The notes beneath the pieces are model-generated. The model was not told where the DNA came from. It worked only from the letters and a program-made list of their open reading frames with translations, and searched no databases. Source: a virus. From it: a stretch of 64,000 nucleotides of DNA. The DNA lies in IMG/VR virus record IMGVR_UViG_3300028920_000039, positions 32,001 to 96,000 of that record; one strand, written 5' to 3'. Below, one piece after another: positions 46,162-58,075 of the stretch (positions are counted from its first letter, which is position 1; each line of letters begins with the position of its first letter). The position numbers and the translations under genes were made by a program.

Positions 46162-46971
46162 ATGAGTACTGAGGAGAAAGAAACAACTGTGGAAACTCAA
46201 GATACAACCCCCGAACCCGAGGAAACAACAGCCGGTCCTTACGACAAGGAAGTGGTACTTCCGAGTAAAGGGATGTTCTATGATGGTGTTCTTTCTGATG
46301 GGAGGGTGACCTTGCGCCCCGTCAGCGTTCAAGAGGAAAAACTGCTGGCGGGGAATGCTGGTAATAGACTGGAACTTGCAGATAAGGTGCTTCAGAAGTG
46401 CATTGTCTCGAAGTGCCTGCCACTGTCCGACCTGTTGATGACCGACAAGTTCTATTTGTTGTTGGTATTACGATCCATCAGTTACGGGACAGAGTATGGG
46501 TTTACGCTTGCTTGCGGAAGCTGCAAGTTTGAATTCCAGCATTCAGTGAAACTACCTGAAGGACTTCAGTTGAAGGTTGCAACAGAAGGTGACGTAGAGC
46601 CTTTTGAGGTTACGCTTCCTGCTTGTAAGAAGAAGGTTTCACTTCGATTCCTTCGCGGATACGATGAGGAGGAAATCGAGAATTTCGTCAAGACACTTCC
46701 TGACGCAGGAAAGGATGATGGTGATCCTGGTTATCCTTTCCGGCTGTCACGATTCATTGATAAGATTGAGGGGGAGGATGTTGACCCTATTGAGAAGTTG
46801 CAGTTTTGCGAAAAGCTCATAGGGATGGATTCTATGAAGATTCGGCATTCGATTGCTGAGAGGGAAACTGGCCCCATCTTGACAGTGAGTGCGAAGTGTC
46901 CGAATTGCCAAACACCTGTGAGGTCTATCCTCCCGCTCACCAACGACTTTTTTCCGACGCCTACTGCTTAG
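46162..46971 (+). CDS. baseplate hub assembly / tail assembly chaperone (T4 gp26-like)
   Basis: LPSKG.FY, LRPVSV.EEK, DKFYLLL.LRSISYG, CGSC...CPNC, ends DFF. Confidence 0.8.
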   Translation: MSTEEKETTVETQDTTPEPEETTAGPYDKEVVLPSKGMFYDGVLSDGRVTLRPVSVQEEKLLAGNAGNRLELADKVLQKCIVSKCLPLSDLLMTDKFYLLLVLRSISYGTEYGFTLACGSCKFEFQHSVKLPEGLQLKVATEGDVEPFEVTLPACKKKVSLRFLRGYDEEEIENFVKTLPDAGKDDGDPGYPFRLSRFIDKIEGEDVDPIEKLQFCEKLIGMDSMKIRHSIAERETGPILTVSAKCPNCQTPVRSILPLTNDFFPTPTA

Positions 46972-47173
46972 CGCGAGGGCTGCTGAGCTGAAGGAACTGG
47001 TTAGGCAGCAAGTGGCTGCATCAATGTTTTTGGGGATTTCTTGGGAGACATCAAGCAAGATGTCCGTACCTGAATTCAAAGCAGTTCAGGAAGCCGCCAA
47101 GGAGTTACAGGAAGAGATGAAGACCGATGGGCCTTCTATGCCAGGAACTTTGGGGAAAGCAAGGGTCTTTTAA
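46952..47173 (+). CDS. candidate frameshift-accessed extension of the chaperone (G/GT-like)
   Basis: +1 frame is open 46922..47173 with no ATG/GTG/TTG before 47012; TTTTTTC at 46948..46954; its TAA overlaps the TMP ATG. Confidence 0.6.
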   Translation, partial: FRRLLLSARAAELKELVRQQVAASMFLGISWETSSKMSVPEFKAVQEAAKELQEEMKTDGPSMPGTLGKARVF

Positions 47174-48672
47174 TGCCTGAGAAGAAAGAGTCTATACACG
47201 AGCATATCTTGGATGTACGTCTTAAAGACAATGCTTCCAAGGAGGCTAAAGGGATGCTGGGCGGGTTGAAGGGCCAGTTTACCAAGTTCTTTGAGCAGTT
47301 TCAGTTGACGGCAACTATTGGAGGGGGGATGGAGAAAACCCTGGCTTCCCCGGCAATACCCCCTAAAAGTGTTCAGCAAATGGCCGCAGAACATATTCGT
47401 CAAGCACAAATAGCTGAGCAGAGGCCCGGTATCGGACAGAACCTGCTTGGTGCGGGCATACTGGGCGGGGCCATGCTTAGTAAGCTGGTAGGCACACTCA
47501 TTAAAGACACCTTTGAAATACCTAAGAATCTTCGAACTATTATGTCTCGTCGAAAAGCGGAGGGGGCATCGCCTGTTCTTGGTGAAGAGGAGTTGAAGGG
47601 TAAGACTGAGTTTGGAATGAGTGCGCATATCATGCCGGTGTTTTTAACAGGTGTTGACCCTTCTGTACACAAGCAGTTGACGACGCTAGCTTTGGGGACA
47701 AGAAGAGCAGGACCTGAAGATGTTGATGTTAGTAAGGTTGGCGAAGGTGAAAAACACAAAGCCACTATCTTTGGTAGCATTATTAAGAAGATGTTCACTG
47801 CAGGCAAAACCCGTGCTCTTTCTATCTGGGTTTTTCTTGGCAAAGCAATGGCGCCTGTTTTGGATCTTTTGGCTAACACATTGATGCCTCTGATGGTTCC
47901 ATTGCAAGAGTTTCTGATGAACATCATTGTGTCGGTTCTTCAACCACTTGTAGCACGATTGCTTCCAAAAATGCAAGACCTGTTCCTGAACCTGTCCACT
48001 CGATTACTCCCTACATTTGTCAGATGGGGGCAGAAATTGGGTGATTGGCTGATGACGTTAATTGATTGGTTTGCTGGTGAAGGCGTACCAATGGCTCGAA
48101 ATGCTTTCAACGTAGCTGTTGATTTCATCAAGAATCTAATGGATTGGGGTGTGTTTCTCAAAGAATCCTTGTCGAGTCTCATGGTTTTCATGACTTCATT
48201 CAAAAACGGATTCATAGCTTTCGGAGAGTGGCTTGGAGAAGCGGCCTGGGCAGTATGGGACTTCCTGGAACCTGTTCGCAAAGCTATTATGAATTTCGGC
48301 CAGTGGTTAGGAGAGGTGGGTTACAAGGCCTGGGATCTGCTTGTCAAGATCTTTGACAAGGTTTCAGGATGGGTCAAGAAGGTTGGTAAGTGGCTGGGCT
48401 TCGGCAAAGGTGAGGAGAGGGGCGACATTCAGGAGTTTCAGAGAGGCGGTTTGGTTACATCAACCGGTCCTGCTCTAGTTCATCAAGGCGAAACTGTATT
48501 TCCGAGTGGCTACTCACAAGAAAGCCTGGTTATTGCCAGAAATGGTCTGGGGCAATTGAGGGACATATCCTACATTCTATCTCAGGGTTTTTCGCAGTTA
48601 GCATTGCAGACCCAGGGGGCGGCACCTGGTTCCAGCATTGTTGATGATGTTTTGCGAATGGAAGGTTTGTAA
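47173..48672 (+). CDS. tape measure protein (short)
   Basis: position after chaperone; amphipathic Trp-periodic helices; FQRGGLV...ALVHQGETV motif. Confidence 0.75.
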   Translation: MPEKKESIHEHILDVRLKDNASKEAKGMLGGLKGQFTKFFEQFQLTATIGGGMEKTLASPAIPPKSVQQMAAEHIRQAQIAEQRPGIGQNLLGAGILGGAMLSKLVGTLIKDTFEIPKNLRTIMSRRKAEGASPVLGEEELKGKTEFGMSAHIMPVFLTGVDPSVHKQLTTLALGTRRAGPEDVDVSKVGEGEKHKATIFGSIIKKMFTAGKTRALSIWVFLGKAMAPVLDLLANTLMPLMVPLQEFLMNIIVSVLQPLVARLLPKMQDLFLNLSTRLLPTFVRWGQKLGDWLMTLIDWFAGEGVPMARNAFNVAVDFIKNLMDWGVFLKESLSSLMVFMTSFKNGFIAFGEWLGEAAWAVWDFLEPVRKAIMNFGQWLGEVGYKAWDLLVKIFDKVSGWVKKVGKWLGFGKGEERGDIQEFQRGGLVTSTGPALVHQGETVFPSGYSQESLVIARNGLGQLRDISYILSQGFSQLALQTQGAAPGSSIVDDVLRMEGL

Positions 48673-49208
48673 TGGCTACTGCACCTGTTCTAAAGATTGG
48701 CGATATGGAGTTTGAGCTCGAGCAGAGCTTCTCTGATGGATATCGGAATGACATTCGACCTCCTGGTGAAATGACTCACAGGTGTCATCCTACACATTTC
48801 ATATGGACAGGCGGGGAGTTCACACCTTTGAATATTGCTATCAATTTGGCCGTTGGTGTCCAATCAGCCCTTACCACTCCGCAAACATTGAGAGACGCTC
48901 TGCGGAAGTTCTATCGATATTGTATTCCTAGCAATCCGGTAACTAGCAAACCTCCCGAACCTGTTGTTATCAGCCTGGGTGACTGGTATAAGAAAGTAGG
49001 GTATATGGGTGACCTTAACGTCACTTATATGGAGCCATGGGATATTGAAACCAGTATGCCTATGCGAGCTGAAGTGAGGTTCACTTTTATTATCGATTAC
49101 TTGGCTTTCATTCCTGCTGTAAAGGGCCAGAAATCAGCCGCCCTGCTCCCTTCTTCGTCGAATTGGGATTTCAACTTTACAGTCGGCTCTCGACAAGGAG
49201 GTAGATAG
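48672..49208 (+). CDS. baseplate tail-tube initiator-like protein
   Basis: synteny (TMP, initiator, LysM, hub); F.WTGGE...P.RAEV.FTF. Confidence 0.55.
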   Translation: MATAPVLKIGDMEFELEQSFSDGYRNDIRPPGEMTHRCHPTHFIWTGGEFTPLNIAINLAVGVQSALTTPQTLRDALRKFYRYCIPSNPVTSKPPEPVVISLGDWYKKVGYMGDLNVTYMEPWDIETSMPMRAEVRFTFIIDYLAFIPAVKGQKSAALLPSSSNWDFNFTVGSRQGGR

Positions 49209-49210
49209 AG

Positions 49211-49573
49211 ATGGGTGCAGAATTTCTGAAAAACAGAAGTGCCATTGATAATCGTTATTCTTTGACGTCAGTGCATATTGATGATTCGGTTGCTCCAGGA
49301 CGTCGTCGGTACGGTTTGTGGGTTCCTGCATTGATCAAAAGCCTTCCCGAATCTCCGCTTGATGACGGTACTTATCACAGGTACACAGTTGCTTCCTCGG
49401 ATATTGGTAGATTGGATTTGATTGCATGGCGGTATTATGAAGAGGTTTCCTGGTGGTGGGTTATTGCTTACTACAACAGCATTAAGAATCAGATTACCGA
49501 TATGAGTGTCGGCGATTTGCTCGTCATACCTTACAAAGAAATCATTGCTGCGGCGATTGAAAGGCAGTTGTAG
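49211..49573 (+). CDS. LysM/gp53-like baseplate wedge protein
   Basis: RLDLIAWRYY....WWVIA..N.I......GD.L.IP. Confidence 0.75.
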   Translation: MGAEFLKNRSAIDNRYSLTSVHIDDSVAPGRRRYGLWVPALIKSLPESPLDDGTYHRYTVASSDIGRLDLIAWRYYEEVSWWWVIAYYNSIKNQITDMSVGDLLVIPYKEIIAAAIERQL

Positions 49574-49576
49574 TGA

Positions 49577-50695
49577 ATGTCGGTTGAAGCAACAACAATG
49601 GAGCTGAAGTTAGTAGGTGACACAATTTCACTTCAGAAAACAGTTGGCATGGATGCCGAGATTTTGGAGACTATTTACGGACAGTCAGCTTACAAGATAA
49701 AGATTGCGGATGTGGATATAGCTACCTGGAATCAGGTGGCTCGAGAGTTTGAAACCATCGATATGAGTTTTCGATGGGGGAGAGTAGATGGCCAAGGTAA
49801 GATCACGTGGAGTGAATGGCGCTACCTTCAGCCTCGACGGTTCGAGTTTCAGATCAAAGGCAATATGCTAGACATCTTTGTGTTAGCCACCGATAAGATG
49901 TTTCTTCTGAAGCATCATTCACCGCAGCGGTTGTTTGACGAGATGTCAGTTAAGGAAGTGCTGGAGGACATTGTCAGTAAAGCTGAGTTGCGAGCATCGA
50001 TTGATAGCAGTTTGTCGTCGACGAAGTATACTTTGTACCAGGCTACGATGAGTGATTATGAGTTCATACAGAAAGTAGTTCTTCCCAGGGTTGGTTTGAA
50101 GGGTGTTTTGTTGTTTATGGATCGCGGAGATCGTTTGGTTTTGAAACAGAGGAAGAAGGAGGATCCGGTTGTTAAGTATAGCTATTCGGCTGAAGGTGAC
50201 GATGAGTCAATAGTGCTTTCGTGGTTCAAGTCAACAGTTGTGGTCAACAGCTCAAACTTTGGCACACTAGCTGCCGCTTTTGATCCTCTCAAGCAGCAAG
50301 GAGAGCCTTATCTCAGAACCTTCTTGGCAGATGATGAGTCGGAAGTTCGTGAGAAGGCATTTGCCGGCAAGAACACCCCGAAACCTATTTCAATTTCAGG
50401 ATCACCGGGCAATGTGGAAAATGTGGTTGTGGAGCTTCTCGGCGCAAATATTGATGAAGAGTTGAAGTCACGAGTAGATTGGGAGCCGCCTTTGTCGATG
50501 TACAGGGTGGCCCTTCCTTCATACTTTTTGCCACAAGTTGAAGTAGCAAACACAGCCTATTTAGAAGCAGGATTGCCAGGAGGTTCGCAGCAGGCATTCA
50601 CAACAGGAAACTATTTGATATATGCTGTCTACCATAGAATTGAGCCTGCGAATGTTATGACGTATGTGTTCGGGGAACGAAGGGGTTCAGCATGA
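49577..50695 (+). CDS. baseplate hub protein (gp27/gpD-like)
   Basis: synteny; YQATMSDYEFI...FMDRG.L. Confidence 0.65.
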   Translation: MSVEATTMELKLVGDTISLQKTVGMDAEILETIYGQSAYKIKIADVDIATWNQVAREFETIDMSFRWGRVDGQGKITWSEWRYLQPRRFEFQIKGNMLDIFVLATDKMFLLKHHSPQRLFDEMSVKEVLEDIVSKAELRASIDSSLSSTKYTLYQATMSDYEFIQKVVLPRVGLKGVLLFMDRGDRLVLKQRKKEDPVVKYSYSAEGDDESIVLSWFKSTVVVNSSNFGTLAAAFDPLKQQGEPYLRTFLADDESEVREKAFAGKNTPKPISISGSPGNVENVVVELLGANIDEELKSRVDWEPPLSMYRVALPSYFLPQVEVANTAYLEAGLPGGSQQAFTTGNYLIYAVYHRIEPANVMTYVFGERRGSA

Positions 50696-51510
50696 AATAT
50701 CCTGGTCTATACAGAGGTTATGTGCTCAATAACGACGATTCAGGGCTTGAACAACCTTACTTGGGTCGTTTACAAGTGCATGTTCCTGAAGTTTACGGAG
50801 AGGTGGAAGACACCACTAAGTTGCCTTGGGCATGGCCTTGCTTTCCTGGTTTTGGTGGTGGCGTGACCCAAGAAGATGCGGATGGAGAAGGAGGGGGCAG
50901 GACCAGCGCAATGATAGGCCTTCCAGCTATTGGATCTACTGTGTGGGTGATGTTTGAGCAAGGCGATATTCAAGTACCTGTGTGGATGGGCACGTGGATA
51001 GGGCAGCAGACATCCCTCCCTTCTGAAGCAAAGGAGTATAGCTTGCAAGGTCGAAGCGCTCAGTATCCTGAGATATTCCTCATCAAAACACCTTTCAGTG
51101 AAACGGCTATGATACGGATAGTAGGTGATGGTCTTATTGAAATACGCTTGCAAGATATGTTTGTCAGATTGAAGGGCGAAACTGAAGAAGACGCAGAGGA
51201 CTCAGAAATTGAAATCACCGCTGCCTATGCAGACATCAAATTGAACACAGCACAAGGAAAGATCACATTGTCTGGTAAAGAAGTGGATGTTTTGTCTCAA
51301 GAAAACATGAAAATACAAGCGGGTGTGTATACCACTGACTCAGACGGCAATCAGGTGGTTGCAATAGAAGGTGACCTAGAGGTGGTTGCAACTAAGGATT
51401 CTACTTATCACATAGAAGAAAAGAGCGTCCTTCGTTCCGGTGAGGGTGGTGGGTTTTTTCTACGGACACCAAACGCCAGTGGCTTTGAAAGACATGGGGG
51501 CTCGTTATGA
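50692..51510 (+). CDS. baseplate spike, gp5/gpV OB-fold
   Basis: YRGYV..ND....GR.QV.VPEVYG...PWAWP...P.IGSTVWVMFEQGD...PVW.G. Confidence 0.85.
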   Translation: MKYPGLYRGYVLNNDDSGLEQPYLGRLQVHVPEVYGEVEDTTKLPWAWPCFPGFGGGVTQEDADGEGGGRTSAMIGLPAIGSTVWVMFEQGDIQVPVWMGTWIGQQTSLPSEAKEYSLQGRSAQYPEIFLIKTPFSETAMIRIVGDGLIEIRLQDMFVRLKGETEEDAEDSEIEITAAYADIKLNTAQGKITLSGKEVDVLSQENMKIQAGVYTTDSDGNQVVAIEGDLEVVATKDSTYHIEEKSVLRSGEGGGFFLRTPNASGFERHGGSL

Positions 51511-51899
51511 GTGAATTTTGGAAGGGGATAGCTTTGCCTTGGAGTGGTACGATTCCTTCTGTGATTGAGCCGAAGGATGATAGAGAGGTACTCAAGAGCA
51601 GTGTGTTGTGGATTGTGCTGACAGCGCTCGGTGAGAGAGTGATGCAACCAGAGTTTGGCTCTTTGCTTCCTGGGGCTGTGTTTGAACAAAACGATGCGGT
51701 ATTAGCTGAGTCAATCAAGACTTCAGTTCGGAATGCTATTTCTCGGTGGGATGATCGTATCACTTTTGTGGACTTTACTGTTACAGCTGAAAACAATGTT
51801 ATGACCTGCTCATTGCAATACAAGATGAACATTGATCCGAGGCGTGATAGCATCGATGTGGTTGCTTTTGAAGTGACTCCTGATATGCTAAGATCATAG
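51507..51899 (+). CDS. gp25: baseplate wedge protein gp25-like
   Basis: LTALGERVMQPEFGS.L...FE...ISRWDDRI. Confidence 0.88.
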   Translation: MSEFWKGIALPWSGTIPSVIEPKDDREVLKSSVLWIVLTALGERVMQPEFGSLLPGAVFEQNDAVLAESIKTSVRNAISRWDDRITFVDFTVTAENNVMTCSLQYKMNIDPRRDSIDVVAFEVTPDMLRS

Positions 51900-51987
51900 A
51901 TATGAAGTGCTTGCTTTGCAGTCTGGTATTAGTTGAAAAGCGACAGATCCGATCTATCGCAGAAGTTGCATAACCAAGGAGAAAGAA

Positions 51988-54036
51988 ATGACCACCGCGG
52001 CGACTCCGGCTATTGATTATACAGCGAGGGACTTCCTTACAATCAAGGAAGCACTCAAAGAGCATTTGAAAGCCAAGTTCCCGACGACTTGGCGAGACTT
52101 CTACGAGTCCAGTGCAGGTATTGCAATCCTTGATTTGATTGCTTACAGCCACGATGTTTTGAGCTTTGGGCTTGATTATACAGCCAATGAGCTGTATCTT
52201 CCGACGGCGCGAGACAGAGATTCGGTCCTGCTCTTGGGTCGGCTGGTTGGTTATCAGTTGCGCACTGCAACATCTGCTTCGGTTGTTTGCACTTCTCGAA
52301 TCGATTCTACCTACACAGAAGGCATCATCATTCCTGCTGGCTCCACTATCAAGAGCACAGGCAATGTTGATTTCGTGACAACTGAGGATGCGCGGATTGA
52401 GGCTGGTTCCGTAGTTGGTACAGTTACTTTTGTTCAAGGCGTCAATGTCACAGAGAACTTCTCGTCTGATGGTTCAGCCTTTCAGAAGGTTAATCTAACC
52501 AGGTATTCGGTGGTACAGGGCACCGTGTCAGTTTTGGTTGATGGTGATGAATGGACTGAGGAGACGTCACTGGCGTATGCTGGTGCTAACAGCAACGCTT
52601 TTTCTGTTGAGTATGCTGAGGATGGCGTCGCTACAGTGGTATTTGGTGATGGTACTAGCGGAAGGGTTCCTCCGGTGGGTTCTAACATCGAGGTCACATA
52701 TCGAACAGGTGGTGGCTTATCTGGTAATATTGCTTTGAATGAAATCAGCGGAACCGTCCAAGGCTACCGGGAACTTGTGAGCCCTACTGCTTGGGTTACA
52801 GTTAATATTCTCAATGATGCACAGAGAGGTGCCGGCGGTGAGGAAGCCGAGTCAGTATCTCACGCCAAGTTGTGGATTCCGCCTTGGATCAGAGCAAACG
52901 GTCGAGCGGTAACCGAAACAGACTATGACGCTCTCGCCAATGCTTTCTCAGATTCTACCTACGGCGCACCAGCATTTGCTAAGTCGAAGCTGAAGCAAGA
53001 GATTCCTGAGCTGAATACGGTCGAGCTGTATGTCTGGGCGCGTGATTCAGGCGGTGATATTGTAACGCCGTCTCAGGGGCTTAAGGACGCGCTTGACACC
53101 TACTTTAACAACAACGGGACAGGTTCAGTCAAGTGCATTTGTACTCACACAGAGGTGGTCGACGGGCTGATTGTTTACATTGATGTGAGCATAGCGATCC
53201 GGGTTGCCACATCGTATGTCTCTGCCGGTGTCATCACAGAGGTGCAAACGACTATCGAATCGCTGTTCGATTCTTCTGAGGTCGCTCCGGGCCAAGACTT
53301 TCGGTTGAGTGCTCTATATGAAGCAGTTCACTCACTGGCTGGTGTTGACTACTGCTTGGTTCGTAGCCTGGTCGCTTCTTACATCACTACAGAGATAGTA
53401 GGGGTAGGAGATGATACTGACGTTACTTTCACATCCACATTGGATCTTGATCCTGGGCTTGAGGTGGTTCCGCATACTGTCAGGATGTACTACGGTGCAG
53501 AGACAGAAGTCCTAACGGATGATGGTGAAGGGAATCTCCTCGACTCGATCCAGACCGTCAAAGGATCTATCGACTACGAGACAGGCTCTATCACAGGCAT
53601 CTTCGCTTCAGCGCCGGCAAGCGGTGCTTCGGTTTATGCTGAGTATCGCCACAAACTCGACTATGCTCGTGGTGAGGTGGAAGACACTGGCGACGGGACG
53701 ACAACAATATTTGAAGGTGCTGTCACCTACCCTCCTGTGAACCCTTATGATCCTACCACAGGGCAGAAAGGCATCGCTTTCAGCGATGGCAACCAGGTCA
53801 TTTTGGATGATGGAGACGGGAATCTGGTTGATGACCCAACCGACCCTTTGTCGTCGAACAGAGGCTTAATCGATTACGGAACAGGGGGCTACACCTTGCG
53901 GTTTCCCAACCCCCCTCCGAATAACGCTGAGATCCGCAGCACTTACATGCAGATCTTAGAGACCGATTCGCAGGATATTCCGATAGAGAAGAGCCAGATA
54001 GCAGTTAAAGGTCTGATCACCATCTCGACACTATGA
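51988..54036 (+). CDS. baseplate wedge protein (T4 gp6 / P2 gpJ-like) with two C-terminal DDGxGNL beta domains
   Basis: DYTARDF..IK..L, DFYESSAG, FGDG..G.VP, RAVT.TDY. Confidence 0.88.
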   Translation: MTTAATPAIDYTARDFLTIKEALKEHLKAKFPTTWRDFYESSAGIAILDLIAYSHDVLSFGLDYTANELYLPTARDRDSVLLLGRLVGYQLRTATSASVVCTSRIDSTYTEGIIIPAGSTIKSTGNVDFVTTEDARIEAGSVVGTVTFVQGVNVTENFSSDGSAFQKVNLTRYSVVQGTVSVLVDGDEWTEETSLAYAGANSNAFSVEYAEDGVATVVFGDGTSGRVPPVGSNIEVTYRTGGGLSGNIALNEISGTVQGYRELVSPTAWVTVNILNDAQRGAGGEEAESVSHAKLWIPPWIRANGRAVTETDYDALANAFSDSTYGAPAFAKSKLKQEIPELNTVELYVWARDSGGDIVTPSQGLKDALDTYFNNNGTGSVKCICTHTEVVDGLIVYIDVSIAIRVATSYVSAGVITEVQTTIESLFDSSEVAPGQDFRLSALYEAVHSLAGVDYCLVRSLVASYITTEIVGVGDDTDVTFTSTLDLDPGLEVVPHTVRMYYGAETEVLTDDGEGNLLDSIQTVKGSIDYETGSITGIFASAPASGASVYAEYRHKLDYARGEVEDTGDGTTTIFEGAVTYPPVNPYDPTTGQKGIAFSDGNQVILDDGDGNLVDDPTDPLSSNRGLIDYGTGGYTLRFPNPPPNNAEIRSTYMQILETDSQDIPIEKSQIAVKGLITISTL

Positions 54037-54037
54037 C

Positions 54038-56574
<2,537 letters not shown>

Positions 56575-56578
56575 TACA

Positions 56579-57445
56579 ATGGCATACGATTCGCAGATAC
56601 GTTTAGATTACCACAAACCACTCCTTATTGATGGTAAGCCGATGTTGGAGTGTTGTTGTGATCCGTGCTATTGGCCTGTGATAGAAGATTTGTGGCCACC
56701 CAACAACTACACTCAATATGGCACCACAGCTACTCATCCTTTCTGGTGTTACGTGGATTATAGGTTCTGTGATTGGGTGAAGCTTGATGTTTATGCTGGA
56801 TCGGGATGTACAGGTTTTTTAGGAGGGGACTGGATATTCACAACTTACTCTTCTGCAACGAACTGGCTAACGATCACTGCTAGAGAAACCGTTGCACCTT
56901 TCAACCCCATTCAGTTTCCTTCTGGTACTACTATTTATTGGAAAGTTACTGCTTACAACAATTGTGGTGGCGAACATCGATTTACATTCGGACCCTGCAG
57001 AAAATGGACTTATATAGGTGATACAGGCAATGATTGCAACAACTGTGTGCCCAAATTGCCGAACAATGTCACAGTCATATTTTCCAACATGACAGGGTCA
57101 TTCACTCTTTTTCAGAACAAGAGTCCTGTAGTGTGTTCCTATACTTCATATTGTCACTGGGAGAAGGTGGGGGGAGATTTGGGGTATTTCTATGTGGGTC
57201 TTCCTCCTACAATTCCTGTAGGCAGAAGGGTTGAGGTTGATGTGGATGCAAATGGCATATGGAGAGTGTATGTGCTTCATAGTTACTCGCCTACAGGCTT
57301 GTTTTCTTGTTTCTGCCGTTGGCGCCATGGCAATCCTGGCTGTCCTTGTACCAGCCCCCCTCTAATCACGATCCCTTACAGTGCAGATCTACAGTGGTGC
57401 TCGGGCACCACAACCACTCAAGCCAACATAACGGTGGCTGTATGA
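56579..57445 (+). CDS. Cys/aromatic-rich putative fibre or receptor-binding protein
   Basis: ECCCDPC, CNNC, CFCRW..GNPGCPC; fibronectin-like IYWKVTAYN. Confidence 0.6.
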   Translation: MAYDSQIRLDYHKPLLIDGKPMLECCCDPCYWPVIEDLWPPNNYTQYGTTATHPFWCYVDYRFCDWVKLDVYAGSGCTGFLGGDWIFTTYSSATNWLTITARETVAPFNPIQFPSGTTIYWKVTAYNNCGGEHRFTFGPCRKWTYIGDTGNDCNNCVPKLPNNVTVIFSNMTGSFTLFQNKSPVVCSYTSYCHWEKVGGDLGYFYVGLPPTIPVGRRVEVDVDANGIWRVYVLHSYSPTGLFSCFCRWRHGNPGCPCTSPPLITIPYSADLQWCSGTTTTQANITVAV

Positions 57446-58047
57446 TAGACTCATTCTTCAACTCTGTTCATTGTTTAAGCGGTGCACATTGCCGTACCTG
57501 TCGTCGAGATCGTCATTGGCGAAAAAGTATGATGGAGTTCTTTAGTGACATTGACAAGGTTGATTTTGAGTGCAAGTGGGGTGGCCGGCCACCTACTCAC
57601 AAGGTGCGAAAGTATCGAATTATCCCCAATCGTCTCGAGAGAATGAAGGTTGCAGAACTTGCGGAGGAGATGAAGGGGTACGAGCTAGATGATGAGGCAA
57701 ATGAGATCCTCACAACCTATATAACAGACCATCCACGGCATCATGATGAGTGTGCAGATCGAATGCGCATCTGGATTGCAGAGAAGGAAGATCTGAAGCA
57801 ACAAGGCCTGCCACCCAAACTGATATTGACCCACGACGGTGTGGATTATGAGATACCAGAGAAGTTCCAGTATGCTGGCTCACATGACTTGGCTGATGCT
57901 ATGCGAAAGCTGCCGCTGGACAAGTGGGGAAAGAGTTTACTGAGGAGACATGTGAAAGCAGAGTGGAAAGGACCTTGCCCCAGTTGTCAGGAGTCATCAC
58001 ACATCAATATGATGCGCCTCTGGCTTACCATCAACTCTCCTTCTTGA
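57442..58047 (+). CDS. Cys/His-containing hypothetical protein
   Basis: HCLSGAHCRTCR; CPSC; ATGA coupling. Confidence 0.6.
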   Translation: MIDSFFNSVHCLSGAHCRTCRRDRHWRKSMMEFFSDIDKVDFECKWGGRPPTHKVRKYRIIPNRLERMKVAELAEEMKGYELDDEANEILTTYITDHPRHHDECADRMRIWIAEKEDLKQQGLPPKLILTHDGVDYEIPEKFQYAGSHDLADAMRKLPLDKWGKSLLRRHVKAEWKGPCPSCQESSHINMMRLWLTINSPS

Positions 58048-58075
58048 GTTGTAAGTAACAAAGACCGAGGAGTCT

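Noticed and set aside
51902-51973. 23-aa ORF MKCLLCSLVLVEKRQIRSIAEVA between gp25 and gp6
   Set aside because: Too short, with no convincing RBS; cannot be supported
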